From Planctomycetota bacterium (GTDB taxonomy: Bacteria; Planctomycetota; Phycisphaerae; Sedimentisphaerales; Anaerohalosphaeraceae), in assembly GCA_013349435.1 (NCBI GenBank), contig DUZQ01000001.1, positions 25,877-89,876 of the forward strand: DNA of 64,000 nt, written 5' to 3'. The notes under the pieces were generated by a model. It saw only the letters and a program-made list of their open reading frames with translations, was not told where the DNA came from and made no database searches. Shown here piece after piece: positions 37,076-46,798 of the stretch. Both the position numbers and the translations under genes were made by a program. Within the stretch, counting starts at the first letter, position 1; each line of letters opens with the position of its first letter.

Positions 37076-38476
37076 ATGAACAGGTACAAGGGGAGAAACA
37101 GGCACCTTCGCCGGGGGGCTATCCTTATTATCGCCGTGATTTTCGTCGCCGTTTTCTCATCTTTTGGACTGGCGGTGTTGACAATGTCCTCGACCAACGT
37201 CCGGGTAGCCGACAATCAACAAAAGGCCAACCGGGCGCTCGAAAGCGCGCAGTCCGGACTCGAAGTAATGAAGTACTGGCTCGGACGAGTGGCTATGCCC
37301 GGCGATACCACACCTGCAGACAGGTTCAGCACCCTGACATACCTTCTAAATTCCGATATGGGCAACGCCGGTATTTATGTCAACCAGGCTTATGACGACG
37401 ATGGTTACCCTGCATCTCTTGGCCTTGGTGACGTAGCTGTAAGCGCTCTTACGGACCAATCTTTTTCAACCTCTCTTCAAAAAACCGCCGACCTCGATGT
37501 ACTTCAAATGGATATTACAGGCAACTCCAATTCCATAGCACGAACCATCAGGGTCAATTACACCTTTGGCACAAGGGCTCATAATGTTTTCGACTACGGC
37601 GTGGCAACAAAAGGCCCTTTGAGTCTTTCCGGTAACATCGATATGAGCGGCGCCACAGTGGCTGTCGAGGCCGACGTTTATATCGAAAGTCATAATCAAA
37701 ACGAAGCTCTTTCCATCATAGGCAACTCACAAATTGCAGGTGATGTACAAATCACAAACCCCGACGCATACGTTACCCTTCAGGGTGGACAGGCCGGTAT
37801 AGGCGGAGAAACCGGGGAAGCCGCTCTCGATAACGTTACAATCGGGGCAGAACCTGCAGAGTTTCCCATTCCTCTGACCGGTTATTTCGAGCAGTATGTA
37901 CAGAACACTTTTGACCCTGCGATTCACGACACAAGTGCCGACAACACATACGAGAACATAAGGATACCCGGCGGAACCAATCCCCACTTCTCCGGCAATG
38001 TAACTCTCAACGGAATAATCTTTATCGAAACGCCTAACATCGTAACATTTACCGGAAACGTCAATATCACCGGCATGGTCATAGGTGACGGTGATATGAA
38101 TGACAATTCGGGCGCAAATCAATTGACATTCTTAGGCAACGTCAGCAGCAATCCTGTTGGCGACCTGCCCGAGACCTCTCAGTTTGACGGTATCCGGGAC
38201 GAAACCGGCACCTTTCTTATGGCGCCCGGATTCAGCGCATCTTTCGGCGGAAACTTTGACACCCTAAACGGTGCGATAGCCGCCAACGGTATCAATTTCT
38301 TCGGTAATGCAGGTGGAACAATCAACGGCTCCATATTGAACTATTCCGATACACCCATGACATTCAGCGGCAACAGTGACCTTATCTTCAACCGTTCGGG
38401 CATAACCGAGGTGCCCGCGGGTTTCGGGCCCGAGATAATACTTCATTATGTCTCGGAATCTTATTCGGAAGTGTAA
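37076..38476 (+). CDS. PilX_N-like membrane-anchored protein with a Gly/Asn-rich beta-helix-like ectodomain
   Basis: The N-terminus RRGAILIIAVIFVAVFSSFGLAVLTMSSTNVRVADNQQKANRALESAQSGLE matches the PilX N-terminal domain pattern (recall). It has no G|FTLxE prepilin site. Repeated GN..I.G rungs follow. It is a paralog of 40152-41831. Confidence 0.65.
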   Translation: MNRYKGRNRHLRRGAILIIAVIFVAVFSSFGLAVLTMSSTNVRVADNQQKANRALESAQSGLEVMKYWLGRVAMPGDTTPADRFSTLTYLLNSDMGNAGIYVNQAYDDDGYPASLGLGDVAVSALTDQSFSTSLQKTADLDVLQMDITGNSNSIARTIRVNYTFGTRAHNVFDYGVATKGPLSLSGNIDMSGATVAVEADVYIESHNQNEALSIIGNSQIAGDVQITNPDAYVTLQGGQAGIGGETGEAALDNVTIGAEPAEFPIPLTGYFEQYVQNTFDPAIHDTSADNTYENIRIPGGTNPHFSGNVTLNGIIFIETPNIVTFTGNVNITGMVIGDGDMNDNSGANQLTFLGNVSSNPVGDLPETSQFDGIRDETGTFLMAPGFSASFGGNFDTLNGAIAANGINFFGNAGGTINGSILNYSDTPMTFSGNSDLIFNRSGITEVPAGFGPEIILHYVSESYSEV

Positions 38477-38546
38477 GGCTGATAACAGCCTTGAAAAATC
38501 AAACAAAAAAACTGATTTACAGCGAAAAAATATAAAGGGTGAAGAA

Positions 38547-40049
38547 ATGAGAAACTTAAAAACTACAATCTGTTTTTTAGGATTGCTGATTGCCGGTTCC
38601 GCCGGCGCGGCGGTTCACTATGTTCCCACGGACTACCCTACTATTCAGGCTGCCATTGACGCCGCTTCCGGCGGTGATTCCATCGTGATAAACCCCGGAA
38701 CGTATTCGGGCCCCGGTAATTACAGCATCAGCTTCAAAGGTAAGGCAATTACGGTTCAAAGTACCGACCCCGGTGATCCTTATGTAGTTAATACAACTGT
38801 AATTGACTGCCAGGGATCGCCTTCAACGCGGGGCTTCGTCTTTCATTCCGGCGAAACGTCGGATTCAAAACTGACGGGCCTGACAATCACCGGCGGCGAT
38901 AACTTTTTGGGTGGTGGTATATACTGCTATAACAGCAGCAGCCCTGCAATCAGCAAATGTGTTATTACCGCTAATTCAGCCGTATTCGGTGGGGCGGTCG
39001 CGGTTGGAAACAACAACAGCCAACCCACTATTTCCGCTTGCACTATCACGGAAAACTCCGCTATGGTGGGCGGCGGCGCAATATATTGCATTGGTTCGGG
39101 TCCCAGATTCGAAAGCTGCATCATTGCAGGAAACTTTGCGCCCCGAGGCGGTGCCGTCTATAGCCATAACCCCGGCAATTCCATCATAGCCAATTGCACA
39201 ATCACTTCAAATGCAGCCTCTGTATGGGGAGGGGCTTTCTATTGTTTCGCATCAGGCAACATGGATATAAGTAACTGCATCCTCTGGGACAATACCGCCT
39301 CAAGTGCATCGGAAATGATGGTCGGCAATGTGGGCGCACCCGCTTCTGTCAGCATTTCATATTGCGATATCCAGGGCCTGTCGGCTGGTGTAGTAGCCAA
39401 CAGCGGCTCGACCGTCAATTGGGGACAGGGTAATATCGACCTTGACCCTATGTTTGTAAGCGGCGGTCAGATGGACAGCATCACCAAAGTTTATACCAAG
39501 GGCAATTACCACTTGACTGAAGACTCTCCCTGCATCGACGCCGGTAACCCCTCGTTCGTTGCAGGTACACAAATCGATATTGACGGTGAAAGCAGGTTAT
39601 CTGGAGCGGCGGTGGATATCGGAGCAGATGAATTCGCAGTCGTATCGACCATAAATGCTGACATCAAGTTCAGGCCCAGGGCACTAAACCTGAGAAGCAG
39701 GGGCAGGTGGACGCTCTGCACCATAAAGCTTGATGACGGCCATGACGTTCGGGATATAGCCGTTGACAGCATCAAACTGAACAACGAAGTGAAACCTTCG
39801 GCAGCCAAAGCTTTCCGATTCAGCAAGAAGCTTTTTGTTATGTTCAACCGGGCGGAGGTTGAAAACACATTAAGCGATGCCCAGGGATCTGCGCTGATTG
39901 TTGTCACCGGAAATCTTGGAGATGGTACCGTCTTTGAGGGACAGGATACCATCAAGATAGTAAACGGATACTGTAACATGAAAAACAAAACATTTGGGAA
40001 GCTAAGCAAGCACTTCAAGCAAAAATGCGGCAAGATTTGCAAAAAGTAA
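38547..40049 (+). CDS. secreted right-handed beta-helix (pectin-lyase-fold) protein with a C-terminal Ig-like domain and a Lys-rich tail
   Basis: Trimmed to MRNLKTTICFLGLLIAGSAGA. YPTIQAAIDAASGGDSIVINPGTY is followed by about 22-aa rungs (TGGDN..GGGIYC, ANSAVFGGAVA, ENSAMVGGGAIYC...). The C-terminal part has RPRALNLRSRGRWTLCTIKL... Confidence 0.7.
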   Translation: MRNLKTTICFLGLLIAGSAGAAVHYVPTDYPTIQAAIDAASGGDSIVINPGTYSGPGNYSISFKGKAITVQSTDPGDPYVVNTTVIDCQGSPSTRGFVFHSGETSDSKLTGLTITGGDNFLGGGIYCYNSSSPAISKCVITANSAVFGGAVAVGNNNSQPTISACTITENSAMVGGGAIYCIGSGPRFESCIIAGNFAPRGGAVYSHNPGNSIIANCTITSNAASVWGGAFYCFASGNMDISNCILWDNTASSASEMMVGNVGAPASVSISYCDIQGLSAGVVANSGSTVNWGQGNIDLDPMFVSGGQMDSITKVYTKGNYHLTEDSPCIDAGNPSFVAGTQIDIDGESRLSGAAVDIGADEFAVVSTINADIKFRPRALNLRSRGRWTLCTIKLDDGHDVRDIAVDSIKLNNEVKPSAAKAFRFSKKLFVMFNRAEVENTLSDAQGSALIVVTGNLGDGTVFEGQDTIKIVNGYCNMKNKTFGKLSKHFKQKCGKICKK

Positions 40050-40151
40050 TTAAACCCGCAGGTTTGCGGTCGCCGGCTTTAATAAGGAATTTCTTCTGAT
40101 TTGGATGAGTTAAAGGTGCCAGCTTGAATACCGCGCCGGAAGGAGGGTAGT

Positions 40152-41831
40152 ATGAGCAAGCACGAAAGGAAAAACAAAAACAGTCCGCAAGGTGTGGTCC
40201 TTGTCGTTGCGATGATTTTTATGGTAGTCTTTTCATCGCTGGGTGTTGCTATGTTGAGAATGTCATCTACCAATATCCGGGTAGCGGATAATCACCATAA
40301 GGCAAATACCGCAATGGATGCGGCACTTTCAGGTCTGGAGTGCGGTCAATATTTCATCGCTAACTACTCGCCAGTTAGCAACACCACCGACAATCTTATT
40401 ACCACTCAGGAGGCTGATGCCGCCTGGAATCAGTTCTCATATCAAATTCAACAAATCGGGGGACAATCAGCCACAACCGGCCGGCTGACTAATGATGTTG
40501 GAACCGAGACTGGTGATTTCATCGAGGCAACCAACGTAAACCTTGGTGGGATAGGTGCCTCTTTCAACATCAAATTCTCTCGACTTGATACCGATCCCTT
40601 CACTATTATACTTGAGTCAACCGGAACATACGGCCAGCTCTCCCGACGGGTAAGAATGAGTGTGGCAATCGCCAAGGATACCAGAACCCTCGAGTATGCA
40701 GTAGCAAGTAAAAGCCGTATCATCGTTACCGGAGATTCCACTATCGAAGGTGATATATACAGTACCTATGACAGGCCCAACTACGCGCCTCCTTTTGAGC
40801 TGCGGGCTGAATCAACGGTAAACGGAACTCTTAATACCGTTGTTGAGAAAGGCTATTTCAATCCCCAAAGTACCGACTATGTCGGCTATACACTTGAGAC
40901 GCTGGATGAAAACGGCAATCCTATGTTCGATGAAAACGGCAACCGCGTCTACAGCGAAGGCGATATGGTTCAGGGTACACATCAAGGCATCAATTACGGC
41001 CAGCCCCTGCCCACCCTGCCCGGTTTCGAAGCTTCCGATTACGATACGAGTTCCTACGGAAATAACCCCAACATGTCGTATTTTGCGCTGTCCGACACGA
41101 CCGACGGAGTTGATGGCCGTGTTACTGAATATTTCCCCCATGCTGATAATGATTTTACACAGCCCCTCAACGGGAGCAGCAAACAGATTCATCGCTATGT
41201 CATTGAAAACCAGACCATCACAAATCGCACCCTCAGAGCGGGCAGCAACGCACTGTTTCGAAACTGCACCTTTGAAGGTGTCCTGTTCGTTGAATCCACC
41301 ACCGAAAACCCTTATTACCCCAACTACGCCGACAGCCGGACCGGAAACAATGTCAGGTTTGAGAACTGCAACTTTAACGGGACAATAGTAACGGAAGTCC
41401 CCGAAGATTTTCAGTGGAAAAACAATATGCTGTATTTTACTAATGATGCCATATTCAACAACACTTATATGGAAGAGGCCACAATCCTGGCTCCCAATTT
41501 TAATGTAAACGTTGGAAACGCCAGGGCGCTCGAGGATGGAAGTGAAAGTGTATTAGAAGGTCTCGTGGTCGGAGGTATAGTTGACATACGCGGTAACGCC
41601 AGTGTCGAGGGTACAATACTTTCGATGTATGACCCTTCGGAACTTGGTTATGCATCGAGGCAGTACGGAACCAATGTCGGCTTTTCCGATGAAAATAACG
41701 AAGCATCTGTCCCCGGCGACGCAGAATTCGGAACTATTCATGTTCGTCCCGATCCCGACCGGATGCTGCCCGTCGGCGTAGCGAGTGATATTATCCTTGT
41801 GGTTGACCAGACAAGCTACCAGGAGCTTTAA
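40152..41831 (+). CDS. PilX_N-like membrane-anchored protein, paralog of 37076-38476
   Basis: The N-terminus PQGVVLVVAMIFMVVFSSLGVAMLRMSSTNIRVADNHHKANTAMDAALSGLE aligns residue-for-residue with the 37076 product. A strong GGAGGG SD is present, and the C-terminal region is beta-helix-like (NCTFEGVLFVE, NCNFNGTIVTE). Confidence 0.65.
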   Translation: MSKHERKNKNSPQGVVLVVAMIFMVVFSSLGVAMLRMSSTNIRVADNHHKANTAMDAALSGLECGQYFIANYSPVSNTTDNLITTQEADAAWNQFSYQIQQIGGQSATTGRLTNDVGTETGDFIEATNVNLGGIGASFNIKFSRLDTDPFTIILESTGTYGQLSRRVRMSVAIAKDTRTLEYAVASKSRIIVTGDSTIEGDIYSTYDRPNYAPPFELRAESTVNGTLNTVVEKGYFNPQSTDYVGYTLETLDENGNPMFDENGNRVYSEGDMVQGTHQGINYGQPLPTLPGFEASDYDTSSYGNNPNMSYFALSDTTDGVDGRVTEYFPHADNDFTQPLNGSSKQIHRYVIENQTITNRTLRAGSNALFRNCTFEGVLFVESTTENPYYPNYADSRTGNNVRFENCNFNGTIVTEVPEDFQWKNNMLYFTNDAIFNNTYMEEATILAPNFNVNVGNARALEDGSESVLEGLVVGGIVDIRGNASVEGTILSMYDPSELGYASRQYGTNVGFSDENNEASVPGDAEFGTIHVRPDPDRMLPVGVASDIILVVDQTSYQEL

Positions 41832-41963
41832 ACCCGATTGCAAAATCTTTTCTGGCTTTGGTATAGAGGGTGGCAGGAAGCTTTCTCGCGAATATTAACT
41901 CGGATGGTCCGGCGTCGTTAGCTTTCAATAACTGTGCTGCGTGAAAGTCGCAAAAGTACTTGG

Positions 41964-42007
41964 GCCGCCTGAAGCGCGTTATTTACCGCTTCAGGCGGCG
42001 TCTTTTT
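41964..42007. terminator. strong hairpin terminator between convergent genes
   Basis: GCCGCCTGAAGCG (41964-41976), a 10-nt loop, CGCTTCAGGCGGC (41987-41999), then TCTTTTT. Confidence 0.8.
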
Positions 42008-42028
42008 GTATGAACCGCACCCGCACGT

Positions 42029-42862
42029 TCAGTGAATCAGTCCCAGGCGACGCAGGGTAGCACCTGCCCATCTGGCCGAGCGAACCTGGGCAAAAACAAA
42101 CAGCAAAAGCGTTATCAGCCACAGCACCAAAAATCGAAGATACCAAAGCACCTGGCTGACAACTGTATCTTCAGCCGTCGGTGCAGCAGTACACAGCAAT
42201 TCGGCCGGGGTATAAACGGTCCCTGCAACCACACCGGCAAAAAGCCTCTGCCATGGAAACAGCAGCACAAGACCGAAAAGCGAGAGAATAAAGGCGCGAC
42301 AGATATGGTTCATGCCGCCTAATCGACCGACCAGCGATATCTTAATGCTCACCAGCAATATAAAACAGTAAAGTGTCGCCGCGATGATAAGAATGAAGTT
42401 GCACGCCCAAATCAGTGTAGCAATGTGGCTGCAGTTGAAAGCGAACTGTGTGCCGGGCTTTGTTTGGTTACCATCGGTCTGAGCAGGAGCAGGAGCGGCT
42501 GTGCCCGCAGATTCGTCCGGCTGGGCCGTTTCTTCGCCGATATCGGCGGTTGCAAGTTGGGCCTGCTCTGCGATTGTCCCGGCTTGGCCTGCGGTCGATG
42601 CTTCAACAACACCCCCGGCATCCGGATTCGCGTCTGCCCGGCCGCTGCAGGGGACCCCGAAAACAAGCCCTTTGTCAGTCATCTCGTAACAACCGGTATT
42701 ATCGATGTAGCCTAATTGCCGGAGCCAGAAAGCGGCCTGCAACAACAAAAGGCACAACAAAATAACGAAGAACAAAAAGTTCTTCGTGGCTTTGAACGCA
42801 TTGACCGCTTCAAGACAATCGGTGGTATCAACCATATCCTTTGTTTTTTCGTTCTCATTCAT
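42029..42862 (-). CDS. hypothetical membrane protein with a low-complexity Ala/Gln/Thr-rich linker
   Basis: Trimmed to the ATG at 42860-42862, which has GGGAGA upstream. It has 4-5 TM segments and no recognised family. Confidence 0.65.
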   Translation of the reverse strand: MNENEKTKDMVDTTDCLEAVNAFKATKNFLFFVILLCLLLLQAAFWLRQLGYIDNTGCYEMTDKGLVFGVPCSGRADANPDAGGVVEASTAGQAGTIAEQAQLATADIGEETAQPDESAGTAAPAPAQTDGNQTKPGTQFAFNCSHIATLIWACNFILIIAATLYCFILLVSIKISLVGRLGGMNHICRAFILSLFGLVLLFPWQRLFAGVVAGTVYTPAELLCTAAPTAEDTVVSQVLWYLRFLVLWLITLLLFVFAQVRSARWAGATLRRLGLIH

Positions 42863-42907
42863 TTTTCCGTCTCCCAACTTACATTACGCCACAGAGAACC
42901 GTACAGA

Positions 42908-42981
42908 CATTATTCTGAGCGTCCCCTGTCACTCTGAACGTCCTCTGTCATTCTGAGCCCTTCGCTCCGCTCAGCATGACA
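42908..42981 (+). repeat. three tandem ~19-nt GTCAYTCTGARCG units, the last extended into the GTCATTCTGAGCCCTTCGCTCCGCTCAG module
   Basis: CATTATTCTGAGCGTCCCC / TGTCACTCTGAACGTCCTC / TGTCATTCTGAGCCCTTCGCTCCGCTCAGCATGACA. Confidence 0.8.
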
Positions 42982-43076
42982 ACAAAAAACGGTCAGTTTG
43001 ACTAATTTATATTTAACCCGGCCACCTCTTGAATAGATTAACAACGACTCATTCAAGGCTGTCCCGCCCGGCTTTC

Positions 43077-44384
43077 TCAGTCATCTGCAATTCTGTTGAA
43101 GACATTATGCGCGACCTTCAATGTTTTTTCAACATCTTCTTTTGAATGGGCCAGTGATACAAACATCGCTTCGTAAGCGCTTGGTGCAAGATAAATCCCT
43201 CCTTTAAGCATCCCCGAGAAGAACTTTTTGAACATTTTGATATTGCTGCCGCGGACATCGGTAAAATTAAGGACGGGTTTATCAGTGAAAAAGCAGCTCA
43301 TTATTGAGCCGACGCGGTTAATAGTAACAGCGATACCGGCGGATTCTGCGGCGTGCTCCAGGCCGGCCTGCAGAGCTGCGCCGCTTGCTTCAAGCCTGGT
43401 GTAGCAATCACCGCCGGCCAGTATCTCAAGGGTCGCATTCGCCGCAGCGGTCGCAAGAGGATTGCCGCTGAGCGTCCCGGCCTGATAGACCGGCCCAAGC
43501 GGAGCCAACATATCCATAATCTTCGCCAGCCCACCCACCATAGCCGCCGGCAGCCCCCCTCCGATTATCTTACCCAAACAGGTAAGGTCGGCGTTTACGC
43601 CGTAAAGCTCCTGTGCGCCGCCCAAAGCCACACGAAAACCGGTTATTACCTCGTCGAAGATAAGTACGGCACCGTTTTTATCAGACAACCGCCGAAGCAT
43701 CTGCAGATACCCATCCACAGGCGGCACCACCCCCATATTAGCGGCAACCGGCTCGACCAGCACCGCCGCAATTCGGCCTCTGTATTTTTCGAAAGCCGTC
43801 TCAACGGCCTCGAAATCGTTGTACGGTATCGCAACGGTCAGTTCGGCAAGCTGCTGTGGAACTCCTTTGCTCGAAGGTTTGGAAATCTGGGCCAGACCGG
43901 AGCCGGCTGATACGAGCAGTGAATCACTGTGCCCGTGGTAACAACCGACCATCTTGATTATATAATCCCTTTCGGTAAACGCCCGTGCCAGGCGGACAGC
44001 CGTCATTACCGCTTCGGTGCCGCTGTTTATCATCCGCACCTTTTCGATTGAGCCGAACGCCGCGACCACCTTTTGGGCCAGTGCTGTTTCAGCCTGGGTT
44101 GGCGCCCCAAAGCTCATGCCGCGCCGGGCGGCCTCTGTAACTGCACGGACAACCTTCGGGTGCGCATGGCCCAATATCATCGGCCCCCACGAGCAAACAT
44201 AGTCGATATACTCATTGCCGTCTATATCGTATATCTTTGAGCCGCTCGCCGAGCCGATAAACAATGGCTCCGTATCAACCCCCCCGAACGCCCTGACCGG
44301 CGAATTAACTCCCCCGGGTATAACTTCACTTGCCTCAGCAAAGGCATGAGCCGATTTTTGACGAAAGTTTTTACCTGATTTCAT
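43077..44384 (-). CDS. hemL: glutamate-1-semialdehyde 2,1-aminomutase
   Basis: 435 aa with GGVNSPVRAF and the PLP-Lys motif LGKIIGGGLP. Confidence 0.95.
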   Translation of the reverse strand: MKSGKNFRQKSAHAFAEASEVIPGGVNSPVRAFGGVDTEPLFIGSASGSKIYDIDGNEYIDYVCSWGPMILGHAHPKVVRAVTEAARRGMSFGAPTQAETALAQKVVAAFGSIEKVRMINSGTEAVMTAVRLARAFTERDYIIKMVGCYHGHSDSLLVSAGSGLAQISKPSSKGVPQQLAELTVAIPYNDFEAVETAFEKYRGRIAAVLVEPVAANMGVVPPVDGYLQMLRRLSDKNGAVLIFDEVITGFRVALGGAQELYGVNADLTCLGKIIGGGLPAAMVGGLAKIMDMLAPLGPVYQAGTLSGNPLATAAANATLEILAGGDCYTRLEASGAALQAGLEHAAESAGIAVTINRVGSIMSCFFTDKPVLNFTDVRGSNIKMFKKFFSGMLKGGIYLAPSAYEAMFVSLAHSKEDVEKTLKVAHNVFNRIADD

Positions 44385-44524
44385 AAATCACCTTTCATTT
44401 GAAACCGTGCTGAATATGATAAGTGCCGCACCGCACGATATTCAAGTAAATTTTAATATCATAAGGTCTTGGGGCAAGCCCGCACCCCCTTGTTTTGCCG
44501 AAAAACAGCAATCCACTATTTTTC

Positions 44525-44552
44525 TTGCAAAAGCATCCCGATTGCATATACT
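44525..44552 (+). promoter_or_regulatory. sigma70-like promoter candidate
   Basis: TTGCAA (44525-44530), a 16-nt spacer, then TATACT (44547-44552). Confidence 0.45.
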
Positions 44553-44605
44553 CTTAAGGTTCTAAATGGACGAAAAGAGTTCTTTTTGAATGAACAGGTG
44601 AAATT

Positions 44606-46798
44606 ATGCATACAGTTGTTAAATGGATACGCAGGAATCAAAGAAAGCTGATGGCCTTTGTTGTCATCTTCATTATGATAGCCTTTGTCGGTGGTGCCGC
44701 CTTCCAGCAGATTATGAGCAGGATAGGTGCCGGCGGGAGTACCGTTGCGTATTTCGGCGAAAAAGGCAAAATAGCGGGCAGTGATATCCTCCGGGCCCAG
44801 TCCGACCTTAGTGTGCTCAGAATGCTCATGTTCGACAGACTGCTTTATTTCGGCCTGGGGGATTTGCCGTCCAGACTGCTTGGACAACTGCTTTTCCCGG
44901 ACAGCCGTATTGCCGCAGCACTGAGCGACAATATGAAACAAGCGGTTATCCAGGGCCGACTCCGGATGAGTACAAAGGATATAGATACGTTCTTCAGCCA
45001 GGCCACGGGCCGAAGCGAGTTGCTCTGGATTTTGCTAAAGGCTGAAGCAAAACAGGCCGGCTGCATTACGACAAACACCCAGGCCAAGCAGTTACTCAGA
45101 CAGATAGTGCCTCAGCTTACCCAGGGCCAGACCGACGCAAAACGGCTGGTCGATTACATAATCAAAAACCACGGCATTCCGGAAAGACAAATCCTTCGGA
45201 CGACAGCGGACCTCTGGTCAATCCTGGCATATACAAAAATGATTACGAGCAATGAGAATATAACAATCAGCGAGGTTCAGGCCGCTGTCGGGCGCGAAGG
45301 AGAAAGGATTAATGCCGAGTTCGTAAAAATAAACGCTTCCGACTTTGTCGCCGGCGTGGGCGAGCCTGCACCCGAAGAGCTGACCGACCAGTTCGAGCGA
45401 TACAAACAATTTCCACCCGACCGGATAAATGACCGGAATCCCTACGGTTTCGGATACAAACAGCCGGCGAGAATAGTGCTTGAGTACCTTATCCTGAAGC
45501 TGGACGATGTGCAGACATTAATAGCCGAGCCTACGCCGGACGAAACCGAAGCGTTCTATCAGCAAAATCTGGACCTGCCCGACTATCAGTTTCTGTTCAA
45601 ATACGAGGAGCCTGCAGACCCCAACGACCCGGCCTCCACGGTTCAAAAGACCAGGAGCTACGCAGAGGTCGCCGGCCGGATCGAGCGGGTTATGACTCAG
45701 GAAAGAACCAACAGGCAGGCCGACATGATTTTGAATGAGGCGATAGCCCTGGCCGATACGCACCTTACAAACTCAGATGCCGGGCGGGCGGGTGATGCCG
45801 AACCAGCCAAGGCCGCGGCGGGCAGCTACAACGAAGCAGCCGCAAAGCTCAGCGAGGAGTACAAAATAAAGGTTTACGCCGGCCAAACGGGCCTGCTAAG
45901 CGCCGCCGAGGTAGCCGCCGATACGTATCTGGGCAGACTCTCAATCGAAGGTCAGAACCAAAGGGTCGTTCCTCTGGTCAAGGCCGTGTTTGCCCTCAAT
46001 GAGCTTGGTGCCGGCCGGACAGGACCATTAGGGGTGTCAGGTTCAAAGATGTGGCAAAGCATAGGGCCTGCCAGGGACATGTTCGGTTCGATAGTTGCCA
46101 TAGTCAGAGTAATCCAGGCGGAAACCGCAACTGAGCCTGCGGATTTGTACGAAACATTCAACAAAAACGGGGTCACCCTCGACGAAACCGAACAAACCGA
46201 AAACATCTACTCGGTCAGAGACCAGGTTGCCCGGGATATAAAACTGCAAAAAGCTATGAGCGGCGCCGGGAGCCGGGCCTCCGAGCTTGTACAATTAATA
46301 GACCAAAAGGAGGATTGGACCGAGGCTCTGGATGAGCTTAACAGGCTTTATTACGACCCTAACGACCCGCTGTATATTATGACGGTGTCTCAGCAGACCA
46401 GACTTTCTGAAATGGATATAGAGGCCGCCCGTGTTCGCTCGGAGGAGAACCCGGCAGCAACAGCATCCGTCAGAAACCTGGTAGAAAGAAAAAAGATGCT
46501 TGATGAGTTGTACTCTCTCATCCCCGAAGGAAAAACCGAGGCCGCCAATCTCAAATCCGCCATCGAGTTTAAGCCGGGCGCATGTTACTATGTTATCAAA
46601 AATGTCTCGCGTACCGCCGTTACCCGGCAGGATTATCAACAGAAGAAGGCCCAGACCGCTCTTATGCTGGATACGACCCGGGCCGAAAAGCTGTCTTTCA
46701 TTCATCTCGGGCCGGACAATATATTCAAACGAATGAATTACAGGGCCGCAGCCGCCAAGACCGACAACGACAGTAAACAGCCGAACGGAGCACCCTGA
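44606..46798 (+). CDS. membrane-anchored periplasmic chaperone, PpiD/SurA_N-like
   Basis: 730 aa. The N-terminus KWIRRNQRKLMAFVVIFIMIAFVGG is typical of the PpiD-type anchor. I did not recognise a clear parvulin domain. Confidence 0.5.
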   Translation: MHTVVKWIRRNQRKLMAFVVIFIMIAFVGGAAFQQIMSRIGAGGSTVAYFGEKGKIAGSDILRAQSDLSVLRMLMFDRLLYFGLGDLPSRLLGQLLFPDSRIAAALSDNMKQAVIQGRLRMSTKDIDTFFSQATGRSELLWILLKAEAKQAGCITTNTQAKQLLRQIVPQLTQGQTDAKRLVDYIIKNHGIPERQILRTTADLWSILAYTKMITSNENITISEVQAAVGREGERINAEFVKINASDFVAGVGEPAPEELTDQFERYKQFPPDRINDRNPYGFGYKQPARIVLEYLILKLDDVQTLIAEPTPDETEAFYQQNLDLPDYQFLFKYEEPADPNDPASTVQKTRSYAEVAGRIERVMTQERTNRQADMILNEAIALADTHLTNSDAGRAGDAEPAKAAAGSYNEAAAKLSEEYKIKVYAGQTGLLSAAEVAADTYLGRLSIEGQNQRVVPLVKAVFALNELGAGRTGPLGVSGSKMWQSIGPARDMFGSIVAIVRVIQAETATEPADLYETFNKNGVTLDETEQTENIYSVRDQVARDIKLQKAMSGAGSRASELVQLIDQKEDWTEALDELNRLYYDPNDPLYIMTVSQQTRLSEMDIEAARVRSEENPAATASVRNLVERKKMLDELYSLIPEGKTEAANLKSAIEFKPGACYYVIKNVSRTAVTRQDYQQKKAQTALMLDTTRAEKLSFIHLGPDNIFKRMNYRAAAAKTDNDSKQPNGAP

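Noticed and set aside
38448-38546. N-terminal extension of the beta-helix ORF (track start 38448), overlapping the upstream gene
   Set aside because: The internal ATG at 38547 gives a canonical signal peptide (MRNLKTTICFLGLLIAGSAGA). The extension is Lys-rich and overlaps the 37076-38476 stop region.
37076-41831. Calling this a type IV pilus or type II secretion operon
   Set aside because: There is no major pilin with a G|FTLxE site, and the window has no ATPase, platform, secretin or prepilin peptidase gene. Only the PilX_N-like N-termini point that way, so the region is reported as an orphan module instead.
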